Counted from the stretch's first letter, positions 52,466 to 62,660 are shown. The stretch is 64,000 nucleotides of DNA from Thermomicrobiales bacterium (GCA_041390825.1 JAWKPF010000013.1:67949-131948); one strand, 5' to 3'. Notes: generated by a model not told the origin, from the letters alone. Translations and numbers: made by a program.

Positions 52466-55270
52466 ATGGGAAGAAGATTTGCACTATCCAGGTGGTTAGT
52501 GTTGGCGTTAGTGCTCGCCACGCTAGCCGCCCCATTGGCGGCTCCCGGGCTGCTCGGGAGCAGGTCGTCACCGTCAGCGGCGCTGGCGCAGGACGACCAG
52601 ACTGGTTCGGAAGTGAACACCGGGGATACCGGCGAGGCCGCCATACCGACTGACGTCGCGGACGATCAGACGGCGGAAGAGCCGACTGGTGTCGAAACCG
52701 ATGGAACCACGACTGACGAGATGGGCGATGGCGACACCTCGGCCGCGCAACCGCCGACCGAAGTCGTGGAGCAACCGACCGATGTGGTCGACGTGCCCAC
52801 CGATGTCGTGGAAGAGCCCACGGATGTCGTAGAGATTCCGACTGACACCACCACCCCAGAGGCGGCGGAAGGGACCGTGGAAGTCGCCGCGGATGAGGTC
52901 GTCATTCCGGCGGCGCTTCCGGCCGGTGTCATCAACCTCGGATGTATCGCGCTCGATCCTTCGCAGCCAGATCTGCGGCAGGTCACGCTGGACGTGTTCC
53001 CCGCGGCTGGATACAGCGCCCCGGTGGTGACCGTGACCCTGACCCTGGTGGGTGGGGGAGCTGGCGACCCGACTAGTGGGCCGGGCGGTATGTCGACGAA
53101 CCCGTATACCGGCACGGGAAGCTGGTACTGGGGCCCAACCCCAGGCTATTCCGCTATTTCGGTTTCCGCCGTCTACACGAATCTTGCGACGGGCCAAGAT
53201 GAGCTGGCTTCTGGTTCGATCCAGTGCCATCCGGCGGCGACCTACACACCGACGAATACGCCGTCGGTGACGCGAACCGCGACCCAGACGCCGGATCCCA
53301 ACTGGACCTCGACGCCGTCGCGGACGCCATCGAACACGCGCACTCCAACGCAGACGCCGGATCCCAACTGGACTTCGACGCCCACGCGGACAGCGACGAA
53401 TACGCCGGATCCAAACTGGACCTCGACGCCTTCGCGGACTCCGTCGGTAACGCGCACGTCTACCCCATTCGGGACGCCTGACGGTTCGGTCCGCATTACC
53501 TGCGGAAACTCGACTGTTCCGGGCGCAGGTGTCTATACGGGAGTGGTCACGGTCACAGGTCCGGGCTACGCAATTGCCAATTGGTCCCTGAAGCGGGCCG
53601 ATGGCACATTCCTGTACGGTGGACCGGTCACGATTCCGCCGACAACCAACCCGATCTTTGTGGAGGAAGGCAACTTCGTTCAGGCGTTCCTGAACGTTGT
53701 CTACTACCACTCTGACGGCACCGTGTTCGCGGTTGCAAACGCCAGCGGGGTATGCGACCTCACGCCGGGCAACACCTGGACACCGACGGCGACCGCCACG
53801 GCAACGCCAGACGTGACCAACACGTCGACCGCGTCGGCCACCAGCACGGCGACCAACACGGCGACGAATACTGCGACGAATACTGCGACGAACACGCCGA
53901 CCAACACGGCGACGGCGACGCCGATCTCGCTGGTTCCGGTCAACCCAACTGTCACGGGCAATGTTTGCACCGGTGGTGTCTTCACGCCGCCGACCGTGGT
54001 TCCGGGCACGACCGCCGGGTTGACCTACACGGTCACGCAGCAGCCGACCGAGGCCAATGGCTGGACGGCGATCGTGACTGCCACGATCACCGGATCTGGC
54101 TATAAATGGGGAACGCTGCCAACCGGCTGGGAAGAAACCAGCTCCACGGTTGCGACCTATACCGAGGTCATCGAGCCGAACCTCTGTGAAGAGGCGGTTC
54201 CCGTCCTTCCGGCGATCACGGGCAATGTCTGCACCGGTGGTGTCTTCACGCCGCCGACCGTGGTTCCGGGCACGACGACTGGGCTGAGCTACGAGGTCAC
54301 GCAGCAGCCGACCGCTGGCAACAACTGGACGTATATCGTCTTTGCCACCGTGGAGAATGGCTATGAGTGGGGCAACCTGACCGGCAGCGGTTGGGTCGAG
54401 CTCACTGCCGCCAAGGCATTCTTGATCGGCACAGTCACGCCGAACCTTTGCCGGGAGACCGTTCCCGTTGCGCCGAGCGTCACTGATGGCGTTTGCACGG
54501 GTGGCGAATGGACCGCTCCGACGGTCAATCCGGTGACCACGACGGGCATCAACTACGTGGTGACCCAGCTGCCGAACGCGGGCAATGGCTGGACCTACAT
54601 CGTCACTGCGACCGTGCAAAACGGTTACGCCTGGGGCGATCTGACCGGCACCGGTTGGGTCGAGGTAAGCAGCGCAACTGCCACCTACACTGGCACGGTC
54701 GATCCGAATCTCTGCGAGCCGACCGTTCCGGCCGCTCCGGAAGCGACCGATGGTGTCTGCGAAGGCGGCGAATGGACCGCGCCGACGGTCGAGGCGATCA
54801 GCGGCACTGGTTACACCGCAGTGGTGACCCAGGAGCCGAACGCAGGCAATGGCTGGACCTATATCGTCACTGCGACGATCGAGGACGGCTATGAGTGGGG
54901 CGATCTGACGGGCACCGGCTGGGTCGAATCGACGTCCGCGGTGGCGACGTTCACCAAGACGGTCGATCCGAACCTCTGCGTGCCGACCAAGCCGATCGCT
55001 CCTGAAGCCACCGATGGCGTCTGCGAGGGCGGCGAGTGGACCGCGCCGACGGTCGAGGCGATCAGCGGCACTGGCTACGTGGCACAGGTGACCCAGCAGC
55101 CGAACGCCGGCAACGGTTGGACCTACATCGTCACCGCGACGATCGAGAACGGCTATGAGTGGGACGACCTGACGGGCACCGGTTGGCAGAAGGTCGACGT
55201 CCGCGGTGGCGACGTTCACCAAGACGGTCGATCCGAACCTCTGCGTGCCGACCAAGCCGCTTGCGCCTGA
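52466..55270 (+). CDS. N-terminal and central part of a frameshift-split LPXTG surface protein (signal peptide, acidic region, Thr/Pro linkers, repeats 1-5)
   Basis: 934-aa ORF with signal [28 protein letters not shown]. It contains 3 x [15 protein letters not shown], a TNTA run, then 88-aa units. Meaningful translation ends near 55195; the last ~25 codons are out of frame. Confidence 0.85.
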   Translation: MGRRFALSRWLVLALVLATLAAPLAAPGLLGSRSSPSAALAQDDQTGSEVNTGDTGEAAIPTDVADDQTAEEPTGVETDGTTTDEMGDGDTSAAQPPTEVVEQPTDVVDVPTDVVEEPTDVVEIPTDTTTPEAAEGTVEVAADEVVIPAALPAGVINLGCIALDPSQPDLRQVTLDVFPAAGYSAPVVTVTLTLVGGGAGDPTSGPGGMSTNPYTGTGSWYWGPTPGYSAISVSAVYTNLATGQDELASGSIQCHPAATYTPTNTPSVTRTATQTPDPNWTSTPSRTPSNTRTPTQTPDPNWTSTPTRTATNTPDPNWTSTPSRTPSVTRTSTPFGTPDGSVRITCGNSTVPGAGVYTGVVTVTGPGYAIANWSLKRADGTFLYGGPVTIPPTTNPIFVEEGNFVQAFLNVVYYHSDGTVFAVANASGVCDLTPGNTWTPTATATATPDVTNTSTASATSTATNTATNTATNTATNTPTNTATATPISLVPVNPTVTGNVCTGGVFTPPTVVPGTTAGLTYTVTQQPTEANGWTAIVTATITGSGYKWGTLPTGWEETSSTVATYTEVIEPNLCEEAVPVLPAITGNVCTGGVFTPPTVVPGTTTGLSYEVTQQPTAGNNWTYIVFATVENGYEWGNLTGSGWVELTAAKAFLIGTVTPNLCRETVPVAPSVTDGVCTGGEWTAPTVNPVTTTGINYVVTQLPNAGNGWTYIVTATVQNGYAWGDLTGTGWVEVSSATATYTGTVDPNLCEPTVPAAPEATDGVCEGGEWTAPTVEAISGTGYTAVVTQEPNAGNGWTYIVTATIEDGYEWGDLTGTGWVESTSAVATFTKTVDPNLCVPTKPIAPEATDGVCEGGEWTAPTVEAISGTGYVAQVTQQPNAGNGWTYIVTATIENGYEWDDLTGTGWQKVDVRGGDVHQDGRSEPLRADQAACA

Positions 55271-56320
55271 AGCGACCGATGGCGTCTGCGAGGGTGGCGA
55301 ATGGACCGCGCCGACGGTCGAGGCGATCAGCGGCACTGGTTACACCGCAGTGGTGACCCAGCAGCCGAACGCTGGCAATGGCTGGACCTACATCGTCACC
55401 GCGACGATCGAGAACGGCTATGAGTGGGACGATCTGACGGGCACCGGTTGGCAGAAGGTGAACAATGCCACTGCCACCTACACCGACACGGTGGAGCCAA
55501 ACGAGTGCGTGGAGACCACCCCGGTTGCGCCTGAGGTCACCGATGGCGTGTGCACCGGTGGCGAGTGGACCGTGCCGAAGATCGATCCTGTGACGACGCC
55601 GGGCATCAGCTACGTGGTCACGCAGCAGCCGAACGCTGGCAATGGCTGGACCTACATCGTCACTGCGACGGTGCAGAGTGGCTATGCCTGGGGCGATCTG
55701 ACCGGCACGGGTTGGCAGAAGGTGACCAATGCCACTGCCACCTACACTGACACGGTGGAGCCGAACCTCTGCGAGGATGTGTTCCCAGTCGCGCCGACCG
55801 TGGAAGACAACTTCTGCACCGGTGGTGTCTTCACTCCGCCGACTGTTGTGCCGGGTGTGACTCCTGGATTGGCCTACACGGTCGTCCAGCAGCCGACCGA
55901 GGCGAATGGCTGGACCTACATCGTCCGGGCGACGATCGTGGTCGACAACATCGCCTGGGGCAACCTGAGCGGAACGGGCTGGATTCGGGAGAGCGCGACG
56001 GTGGCGTCGTTCACCAAGACAGTTGTCCCGGCGCTCTGCGTGGAGATCATTCCGCCGCGGCCGACTGTTGCTCCGGAGACGAACGTCTGCATCGAAGACT
56101 CCTTCGTGCCGCCGGTGATCGTGCCGGGCAAGACGACCGGAGTGGTTTACACCGTCGTGCAGCAGCCGTCGGCGAAGAATCGCTGGACGTACATCGTTAC
56201 CGCCACGATTGTCGAGGACGGCATCGCCTGGGGCGACCTGAGTGGAACGGGTTGGGTTGCCGACAGCGCCACCAAGACCACCTACATCTCGACGGTGGTT
56301 CCGCACGGATGTGATGCGCC
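53935..56320. repeat. coding tandem repeat, 9 x ~264 nt (88-aa Cys-bracketed domain)
   Basis: Unit consensus: [22 protein letters not shown]...Y.[33 protein letters not shown]...ATYTxTVxPNLC. Units 5 and 6 are about 93% identical at the DNA level by eye. Confidence 0.9.
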
Positions 56321-56471
56321 GAAGCCGCACAAGCCGACCGGGGTGGCAGTCCTGCCGAACACCGGTGCTGGTCCGAGTGGCGATTCGATGTTCACGATGC
56401 TCTGGCTGATGATCCTGGTGGCCTCGTCCGCTACCGTCATCGGGCTGCGCCTGCGACGAGTGTCGCGCTAG
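55206..56471 (+). CDS. C-terminal part of the frameshift-split LPXTG surface protein (repeats 6-9 plus sorting signal)
   Basis: 421-aa ORF in frame 3. It ends with LPNTGAG, a hydrophobic stretch MFTMLWLMILVASSATVIGL and RLRRVSR, which together form a sortase signal. Confidence 0.85.
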   Translation: MATFTKTVDPNLCVPTKPLAPEATDGVCEGGEWTAPTVEAISGTGYTAVVTQQPNAGNGWTYIVTATIENGYEWDDLTGTGWQKVNNATATYTDTVEPNECVETTPVAPEVTDGVCTGGEWTVPKIDPVTTPGISYVVTQQPNAGNGWTYIVTATVQSGYAWGDLTGTGWQKVTNATATYTDTVEPNLCEDVFPVAPTVEDNFCTGGVFTPPTVVPGVTPGLAYTVVQQPTEANGWTYIVRATIVVDNIAWGNLSGTGWIRESATVASFTKTVVPALCVEIIPPRPTVAPETNVCIEDSFVPPVIVPGKTTGVVYTVVQQPSAKNRWTYIVTATIVEDGIAWGDLSGTGWVADSATKTTYISTVVPHGCDAPKPHKPTGVAVLPNTGAGPSGDSMFTMLWLMILVASSATVIGLRLRRVSR

Positions 56472-56651
56472 CGTTCACCTCGGGTGATTTCGAACAGGCG
56501 AGCGGCGTCAGCCGCTCGCCTGTTCTTGTTCTGGGCGCCTGGAAAATGCCGTCATCCTGCTATGCTGCGAACGGTGATTTTTCGGCTCAGGTGGTCCTGC
56601 TATCCTGTACCCGCCCCGACCGATATGTGTTGCTCTTGGAGGAGATCGTCG

Positions 56652-58883
56652 ATGACCCGGTTCCGGCATCTACGCCTTGCCCCCGCCCTGCTGGCGGTTG
56701 TTCTGATTCTGACATCCGTCGCGGGTGTCTTCTCTGTCAGGGCGCAGGATGCAACGGTGGAACCCGCCACCCCTGGCGCCGAGGCCGTTGCCTCGCCGGT
56801 GGCGCCGCCAGCGGAACCCTGGTTGGCGTCCGACTTCGTTTCCGGTCCCTGGCGGGTCGAGGTCGTCACCGCCAAACGAGCCAACGCCTTCTCCGAGTAC
56901 GATCTGGAGAGCCGCGAGGACAAGGACTGGATCGTTGCCGTGGTGGATGTCACCAACTGGTCCAGTGATGATGAAACGCTCAATCCGCGCGACTTCGCGA
57001 TCGAAGTGCCGGGTGGAGCGGAGCCACGCGGGTTTGCGCGGCGCACCACCGAACGAGTGGCCGAGCAACTCGGTCTGGAGCCGACCGATACCGATGCGGG
57101 AGTGGCGATCGACGAGGGCGAGAACGAGCGCCTGGTGCTCGTTTTCGAGCTGCCGATCGACTCCATCGATCCCAAGCTGTTCCTGGACGGCGAATCGCTT
57201 TCGATCCAGGGCGCGATCGACGGTGGCCCCGCGATCGACGCATTGCCGGAGATGGGCGATCCGCCGAGCGCGGATGAGGTGGAACTGGGCGATGTGATCA
57301 ACGGCTTCACGCTGACCCTTGGCGAAGACGAAACGGAAACGGTGCTTTCGTTCGTCGATGGCCCGTTGCCCGATGAGTGTTTCGGCGAAGAAGCAACACG
57401 CCGCCTGACCAGGTTGGCGACCGATACGCTCTATGTGGAGGTACTCGATGGGGCAACGATGGTCTGGACGGACGAGGACGATTCCAGCCGCCGATTGCTC
57501 AACTTCGAGCAGATCGACGGCGGCTATGCCGCGGTGTCCGAAGATGTCAGCGGGCCGTTTGCGGTCTGGCTGAAGGACGCGGAGCAGTCATCCAAGGACC
57601 GTGGCGGTGCGATTTGGGCCAATTGCACCGGTCCGCACGGGGTGACTCGAGTGGAAACCCCCGAACGGAGTCAGCTCAAGATCGGCGATGGCGAAGGGGG
57701 CGCCATTCCGTTCCATGTCTGGTTGGAGTGGAACCCGGTGATCGTCACCCAGCCGGATGGCGGGGCCTGGGCGTTCTTCGGCGCCACGGCGGATGCCGGC
57801 GATCTCAAGGACATGAAGATGGTCTACGCCGCGCACTACGACCCGTCTGAAGGTAAATGGCTGGATGCGTCCGCTATGCCATTGGGTGAAGTGCAGCTTG
57901 GGCCGTCGGCGGTGGTGGACAGCAAGGGCGTCGTGCATGTCGTCTATTCGGCTCGGGAGAAGGACGAGGACGGGTACTACAGCACGCTGCTCTACACGCG
58001 AGAGGATGGCAACGGTGGTTGGGTAGAGCCGGTTGCGGTATCGCTCGATCAATTGGCGGGGCATCAGATCGCGGCATCGTTGGCGATCGACGCCAACGAC
58101 ACGTTGTACGTCGCGTGGCAGGACCAACGCGCGTTCAGCCCGGAGGCGCTCAGTTCCCCGGCCAATGCCGACATATTCGTCAGCCAGCGTGAAGTGGACG
58201 GCCTCTGGTCGATTCCGGTGCTGATCAACAACCACTACCCCACCTCGGCTGCAAGTCGGCCGCAATTGGTGGTGGATGGCGATCGGTTGGTGGCGGTTTG
58301 GTCGGTCTACACCTCGGCCATGGGGCTGACGGCCGCCGCGCGCATGGAATGGTCGCAACGGCCGCTGGACAGCGAGCTGGATTGGACCGCGCCGCGGACG
58401 GTGACCAACGGCCGGGGCGATCTCTTCGGTGGGCGGTTGGTGGCAATGGCGGCCGATCCGACCGGAGGGGTGGTGCTGGCGTATGGGCGCGTGGGGACGA
58501 GCGATACGTTCCTCTTCACCAAGCGGCTCAAGCCGGGCGCGAGTGAATGGGGCTCGGATACGCTGATCGCGTTTGGCGAGAGCGGAACGTATCCCGCGCT
58601 TGCCATCAACAACCTCGGCACGGTGTTCGTGGCTTACAACGTCGGAAGCGGCAATATCGTGGATGTGGGGGCGACAGCGATCGGGTATCGCTCGGTGGAG
58701 CCGGGCCCGGAAACGATCGTCACGCAGGACGATCCGAACACGCAAGGGATCCCGGCGGTGGCGGTCGATCTGACCGGCACGCCGTGGTTCATCTACTTCG
58801 GCGAAATTCCGGGGCAAGATCCAACCATCGTCGGCGTGATCCGAAACGCGAACGTGCCGGTGACGCCGTTGACGGCGTCTTGA
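56652..58883 (+). CDS. secreted multidomain protein with a C-terminal BNR/sialidase-like propeller region (tentative)
   Basis: ORF 56484..58883, with ATG 56652 after GGAGGAG. Signal peptide is LAPALLAVVLILTSVAGVFSVRAQD. The C-terminal half has repeated beta-strand motifs (VHVVYS, LYVAWQD, LVAVWSV, VVLAYGR, VFVAYNV). Confidence 0.75.
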   Translation: MTRFRHLRLAPALLAVVLILTSVAGVFSVRAQDATVEPATPGAEAVASPVAPPAEPWLASDFVSGPWRVEVVTAKRANAFSEYDLESREDKDWIVAVVDVTNWSSDDETLNPRDFAIEVPGGAEPRGFARRTTERVAEQLGLEPTDTDAGVAIDEGENERLVLVFELPIDSIDPKLFLDGESLSIQGAIDGGPAIDALPEMGDPPSADEVELGDVINGFTLTLGEDETETVLSFVDGPLPDECFGEEATRRLTRLATDTLYVEVLDGATMVWTDEDDSSRRLLNFEQIDGGYAAVSEDVSGPFAVWLKDAEQSSKDRGGAIWANCTGPHGVTRVETPERSQLKIGDGEGGAIPFHVWLEWNPVIVTQPDGGAWAFFGATADAGDLKDMKMVYAAHYDPSEGKWLDASAMPLGEVQLGPSAVVDSKGVVHVVYSAREKDEDGYYSTLLYTREDGNGGWVEPVAVSLDQLAGHQIAASLAIDANDTLYVAWQDQRAFSPEALSSPANADIFVSQREVDGLWSIPVLINNHYPTSAASRPQLVVDGDRLVAVWSVYTSAMGLTAAARMEWSQRPLDSELDWTAPRTVTNGRGDLFGGRLVAMAADPTGGVVLAYGRVGTSDTFLFTKRLKPGASEWGSDTLIAFGESGTYPALAINNLGTVFVAYNVGSGNIVDVGATAIGYRSVEPGPETIVTQDDPNTQGIPAVAVDLTGTPWFIYFGEIPGQDPTIVGVIRNANVPVTPLTAS

Positions 58884-58936
58884 GAGGTCCGGTGACCTGA
58901 GTCCGGAGTCCGGTGACCTGAGTCCGGAGCCGGGGA
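58881..58936. repeat. heptanucleotide tandem tract, 8 units (TCCGGTG/ACCTGAG/TCCGGAG)
   Basis: tgagagg tccggtg acctgag tccggag tccggtg acctgag tccggag ccgggga. Its first three bases are the stop codon of the upstream gene. Confidence 0.85.
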
Positions 58937-58994
58937 TTGGGATCGATGAGGTCGAGACCGGGCGACGCTGACCGGGGTGGATCGAGGATGGTGG

Positions 58995-60107
58995 ATGGCG
59001 GATTCTGAGCTGCTGTGGCCGGGCATCGAGACGCCGGCCCTGCTGGTCGATCTCGACCTGATGGAGGCGAATATCCTCCGCTGGCAGGGTGTGTTCGATG
59101 CTGCCGGAGTTGCTTTCCGGCCGCATATCAAGACGCACAAATCGCCAGCTATCGGCGCGTGCCAGCTTGCCGCCGGAGCGGTGGGGCTGGCGGTCGCCAA
59201 GGTGGCCGAGGCGGAGGTGTTTGCCGCGGCTGGCTGTCGCGATCTGGCGGTGACCTATCCAGTGGTCGGCCAGGGGAAGTGGCGGCGGCTGGCCGAGCTT
59301 GCGCGCACCTGCAGGATCACTGTCAACGTGGAAAGCGAGATCGCGGCCCGCGGGCTGAGCGCGGCCGCAGTGGCGGCGGGCAGTGAATTGCTGGTTCATC
59401 TGGACATCGACATCGGTGCCCACCGTTGCGGAGTGCAGCCGGAGGACGCGGAGACGCTGGGACGGATCGTCATGGAACTGCCCGGACTGGGGTTGGAGGG
59501 AATCACCGGGTTTCGCACGGTCGCTTTCCCCGGCGCAGCGGGCCGCAGCCCGGACGAGCTCGGACGCGAGGAAGGGGAACTGTTGGTTCAGCTCGCGGAA
59601 CGTTTGCGGGCAGCCGGATTGCCGATTCGCACCGTCGCGGGTGGTTCGACGCCGACGGCGCGCGCGGTCGCAACCGTCCCGGGTATCACTGAGGTTCGGG
59701 CTGGCACCTATGTCTTCGGCGATGGGTTGATGACGGTGTGGGGAGCGGTGGTCCCGGAGGAGATTGCGCTCACGGTGCTTTGCACGGTGGTCAGCCGTCC
59801 CTTGCCAGAGCGGGCCACCATCGACGGAGGTTCCAAGACCTTTGCCGGCGATATCGCGGCGGGCGCGGTGCCCGGGCTGGCGGGCCATGGGCGATCGGTG
59901 GACATCGACGGATACATCGAGGCGATGAACGAAGAACATGGCATGGTGCGTCTGGGTTCCGAGCGTGCCTGCGCGGTTGGCGACCGGTTGCGGTTCGTTC
60001 CAAATCACGTCTGCACGGCGGTGAACCTGGCCGACGAGCTGATCGGGATTCGGGACGGCAAAATCGTGGCCGTCTGGCCGATCGAAGCCCGCGGAAAACG
60101 CACATAG
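58995..60107 (+). CDS. D-serine deaminase-like / D-threonine-aldolase-family PLP enzyme (alanine-racemase N-terminal fold)
   Basis: ORF 58977..60107, with ATG 58995 after GAGGA. Contains TPALLVDLDLMEANI and FRPHIKTHKSPAIG (PLP lysine). Confidence 0.8.
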   Translation: MADSELLWPGIETPALLVDLDLMEANILRWQGVFDAAGVAFRPHIKTHKSPAIGACQLAAGAVGLAVAKVAEAEVFAAAGCRDLAVTYPVVGQGKWRRLAELARTCRITVNVESEIAARGLSAAAVAAGSELLVHLDIDIGAHRCGVQPEDAETLGRIVMELPGLGLEGITGFRTVAFPGAAGRSPDELGREEGELLVQLAERLRAAGLPIRTVAGGSTPTARAVATVPGITEVRAGTYVFGDGLMTVWGAVVPEEIALTVLCTVVSRPLPERATIDGGSKTFAGDIAAGAVPGLAGHGRSVDIDGYIEAMNEEHGMVRLGSERACAVGDRLRFVPNHVCTAVNLADELIGIRDGKIVAVWPIEARGKRT

Positions 60108-60124
60108 TCGCGAAGGGAACGCGG

Positions 60125-61051
60125 ATGCGCATTCTGGTCGTAGGCGCGGGAGCGCTGGGCGGGTTCTATGGGGCAATGCTGGCGCGGTCTGGACATGAGG
60201 TGACCGTGCTGGCGCGGGGCGCGGCGCTGGAGGCGGCGCGCGCGCATGGTCTGCGGGTCGAGTCGGCGGCGTATGGCAGGTTCGCGCAACTGGTGACGGT
60301 GGTCTCCGACCCGTCAGACGCCGGTAACGTCGACATGATCTTTCTTGCAGTCAAGGCGTATGACCTCGATGCGACCGCGCGGCAGATCGCGCCGTTGGTG
60401 ACCGATGGGGTAACGCTGTTGACGGTGCAGAATGGAATCGAGCATCCGTGGCAACTGGCCGAACTTGTGGGCGAGGCGGCTGTGCTGCCGGGAGTGATCT
60501 ATATCTCGGCCACGGTGACTGCGCCGGGTGTGATTGCGCATGTTGGCGGTCCGGGATTGTTGCAGCTTGGCGATGCGTTCACGCCGAATCCGGAACGGCT
60601 CGAGCGAGTAGCGACGATGTTCCGCGACGCCGGGCTGCCGGTCGAGACCTATCCCGATCTCTGGCCGATGCTCTGGCGCAAGTTCGCGGCCATCTGCGCG
60701 ATGAGCGGAGTGGCGGCATTGACCCGCTTGACGTTGGCGCAGATGTTCGCCGTGCCAGAAAGCCGGAAACTCTACCGGGATACGATGGACGAGGTGGTGC
60801 GCGTGGCGATTGCGCGCGGTGTCGCGTTGCCGCCAGACACGGCGGACGGGCTGATGGCGATGCTGCATGCGATGGCCGTGCTGCCCGAGCGAGGCTCGAT
60901 GGCGTACGACTTGTTCGCTGGACGGCGTCTGGAGATCGAAACCCTGAACGGGAGCGCCGTTCGCCTGGGCGCGGAATCGGGCGTTGCAACGCCGATCAAT
61001 GCGGTGATCACGGCGTCTCTGTTGCCGTACAAGGATGGGCCGCCAGCATAG
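60125..61051 (+). CDS. 2-dehydropantoate 2-reductase (PanE/ApbA) family
   Basis: Distal part of ORF 59738..61051, with ATG 60125 after GAAGGGA. Contains MRILVVGAGALGGFYGAMLARSGHEVTVLAR and a later LWRKF...NGSAV pattern. Confidence 0.85.
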   Translation: MRILVVGAGALGGFYGAMLARSGHEVTVLARGAALEAARAHGLRVESAAYGRFAQLVTVVSDPSDAGNVDMIFLAVKAYDLDATARQIAPLVTDGVTLLTVQNGIEHPWQLAELVGEAAVLPGVIYISATVTAPGVIAHVGGPGLLQLGDAFTPNPERLERVATMFRDAGLPVETYPDLWPMLWRKFAAICAMSGVAALTRLTLAQMFAVPESRKLYRDTMDEVVRVAIARGVALPPDTADGLMAMLHAMAVLPERGSMAYDLFAGRRLEIETLNGSAVRLGAESGVATPINAVITASLLPYKDGPPA

Positions 61052-61179
61052 GCAAAGACATTTCCGGTTGGATGGGACCGGTATACTTGGGACAGAGCGG
61101 TGGATCTGTGGCGGGAGAACGGCTTCCCGCAACTTTTCAGGAGACCCCCGGTCCGGCCTCCGGGGCAGACTCCCACCGC

Positions 61180-61596
61180 TCAAGCCTCGCTCTTTCGAAT
61201 CCGAGACTGCACATTCCTCGATCGAATACGAAACATCGAAATCAGATTGACACTGCCATTTCGATCGCGGCCGATGATGACTGCCAACCAATGGGACTGC
61301 GACAACGGCACGTAGACCTGCCAGGTTGATTGGGATTTCGGATCGGGTATGGCGTACGCCCAGTTCGGCAGAAGGTTGTCCAGTTGTTCGTAATAGGCGA
61401 TGTCGGGCTGATGGGAGTCGCGAATCTTTCGATCGACCGAGCGAGACACGCGTAGTATCGCAACCGGTAGATCGATATATCCCCGTAGGTCTTCCGGGAT
61501 TCGTTTGCGCTGCGATACGATTTCCCACTCGACTTCTGGAAGATCGTCTTCGTCATCGTTCCTCGAGATGTCCTCGGGAGTGCTTCGTGTCAACAA
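61180..61596 (-). CDS. hypothetical protein in a low-G+C islet
   Basis: 138-aa ORF with an acidic N-terminus (DDEDDLPEVEWE). The region is visibly more A+T-rich than its flanks. No family recognised. Confidence 0.5.
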   Translation of the reverse strand: MLTRSTPEDISRNDDEDDLPEVEWEIVSQRKRIPEDLRGYIDLPVAILRVSRSVDRKIRDSHQPDIAYYEQLDNLLPNWAYAIPDPKSQSTWQVYVPLSQSHWLAVIIGRDRNGSVNLISMFRIRSRNVQSRIRKSEA

Positions 61597-61724
61597 AGCT
61601 CCTCTGGATCGTCGAGCAGGTCCATGGACACTCCAGATGGTGAACGGTCGTCGTATCAGGTGAGGTGCATTTTGCCGCAGGTCGAGTTCTGGATGCTGAG
61701 TTCATCCCTGTCCCGTGGAGCCAC

Positions 61725-62660
61725 ATGAAGCTCAGCCCGGTGGTTGAAGGGAATCTGGCGGCGTTCGTGGGGTCGTGCCTGTTGGGGGCGGCGGTCGTCG
61801 CGACCCGGCAGGTGGTGGATGAGATCGCGCCGTTGAATCTTGCGTTTCTGCGGTATGCGATCGGTGGGGCGTTTCTGGCCGCGCTGGTGGCGATCCTTCG
61901 TCCTGGCGAACTGACGCTGCCTCGAGCGGAGCTGCCGAAGATCGCGGCGCTGGGCGCGTTGATGTACGCGCTCTTTCCGTTCCTGTTCAATACCTCGTTG
62001 CGCTACACGACCGCTTCGCGTGGGGCGGTGATCCTGGCTCTGATGCCGTTGTTCACGGCGGTGCTGGGGGCGTTTGCGCGCAGCGAGCAGTTGCAGCCGG
62101 TGCAATGGCTGGGGGTGGTCTGCTCGATCGCGGGGGTAGCGGCGGTCTTCGCGGAAAGCGGTTTGCATTTCGCGGACGGACGCTCGGCGATGATCGGAAA
62201 TGGGCTGATGGTGGTGGTGGCGCTGGTGGGCGCGGTCTACAGCGTGGCCGCGCGGCCAATCCTGATGCGCTATGGCGCGCCTCCGGTGACCGCGCTGGCC
62301 ATGCTGGCCGGAGCGGCGTTGCTCTGCCTGCCGGCGTTCTTCCGGGGGGTCACCCGGGAGGTAGCCGATGCGCCGGCCTCGACCAATGCGCTGGTGCTTT
62401 ATCTGGCCATTCCCGGCGGAGCGCTGGCGTTCTTCCTCGCGTCGTTTGCCCTGTCACGGCTTTCGGCCACGCAGGCGTCGATCTATATCAATCTCAATCC
62501 CCTGGTTGCGACCATCCTGGCAGCGTTGTTGCTGGGCGAGACGTTGACCTGGTGGTTCGCATTGGGGTTCTTGCTGGTGGTGATCGGGTTGCTGCTGGCG
62601 AACCTGCCTCGCATGCGGAGCACTCGCCAGGCGACGGGCGCGCAGACCGCGCGGTCATAA
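61725..62660 (+). CDS. DMT-superfamily (EamA-like) transporter
   Basis: ORF 61665..62660, with ATG 61725. It has ten hydrophobic segments in two EamA-like halves. Confidence 0.8.
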   Translation: MKLSPVVEGNLAAFVGSCLLGAAVVATRQVVDEIAPLNLAFLRYAIGGAFLAALVAILRPGELTLPRAELPKIAALGALMYALFPFLFNTSLRYTTASRGAVILALMPLFTAVLGAFARSEQLQPVQWLGVVCSIAGVAAVFAESGLHFADGRSAMIGNGLMVVVALVGAVYSVAARPILMRYGAPPVTALAMLAGAALLCLPAFFRGVTREVADAPASTNALVLYLAIPGGALAFFLASFALSRLSATQASIYINLNPLVATILAALLLGETLTWWFALGFLLVVIGLLLANLPRMRSTRQATGAQTARS

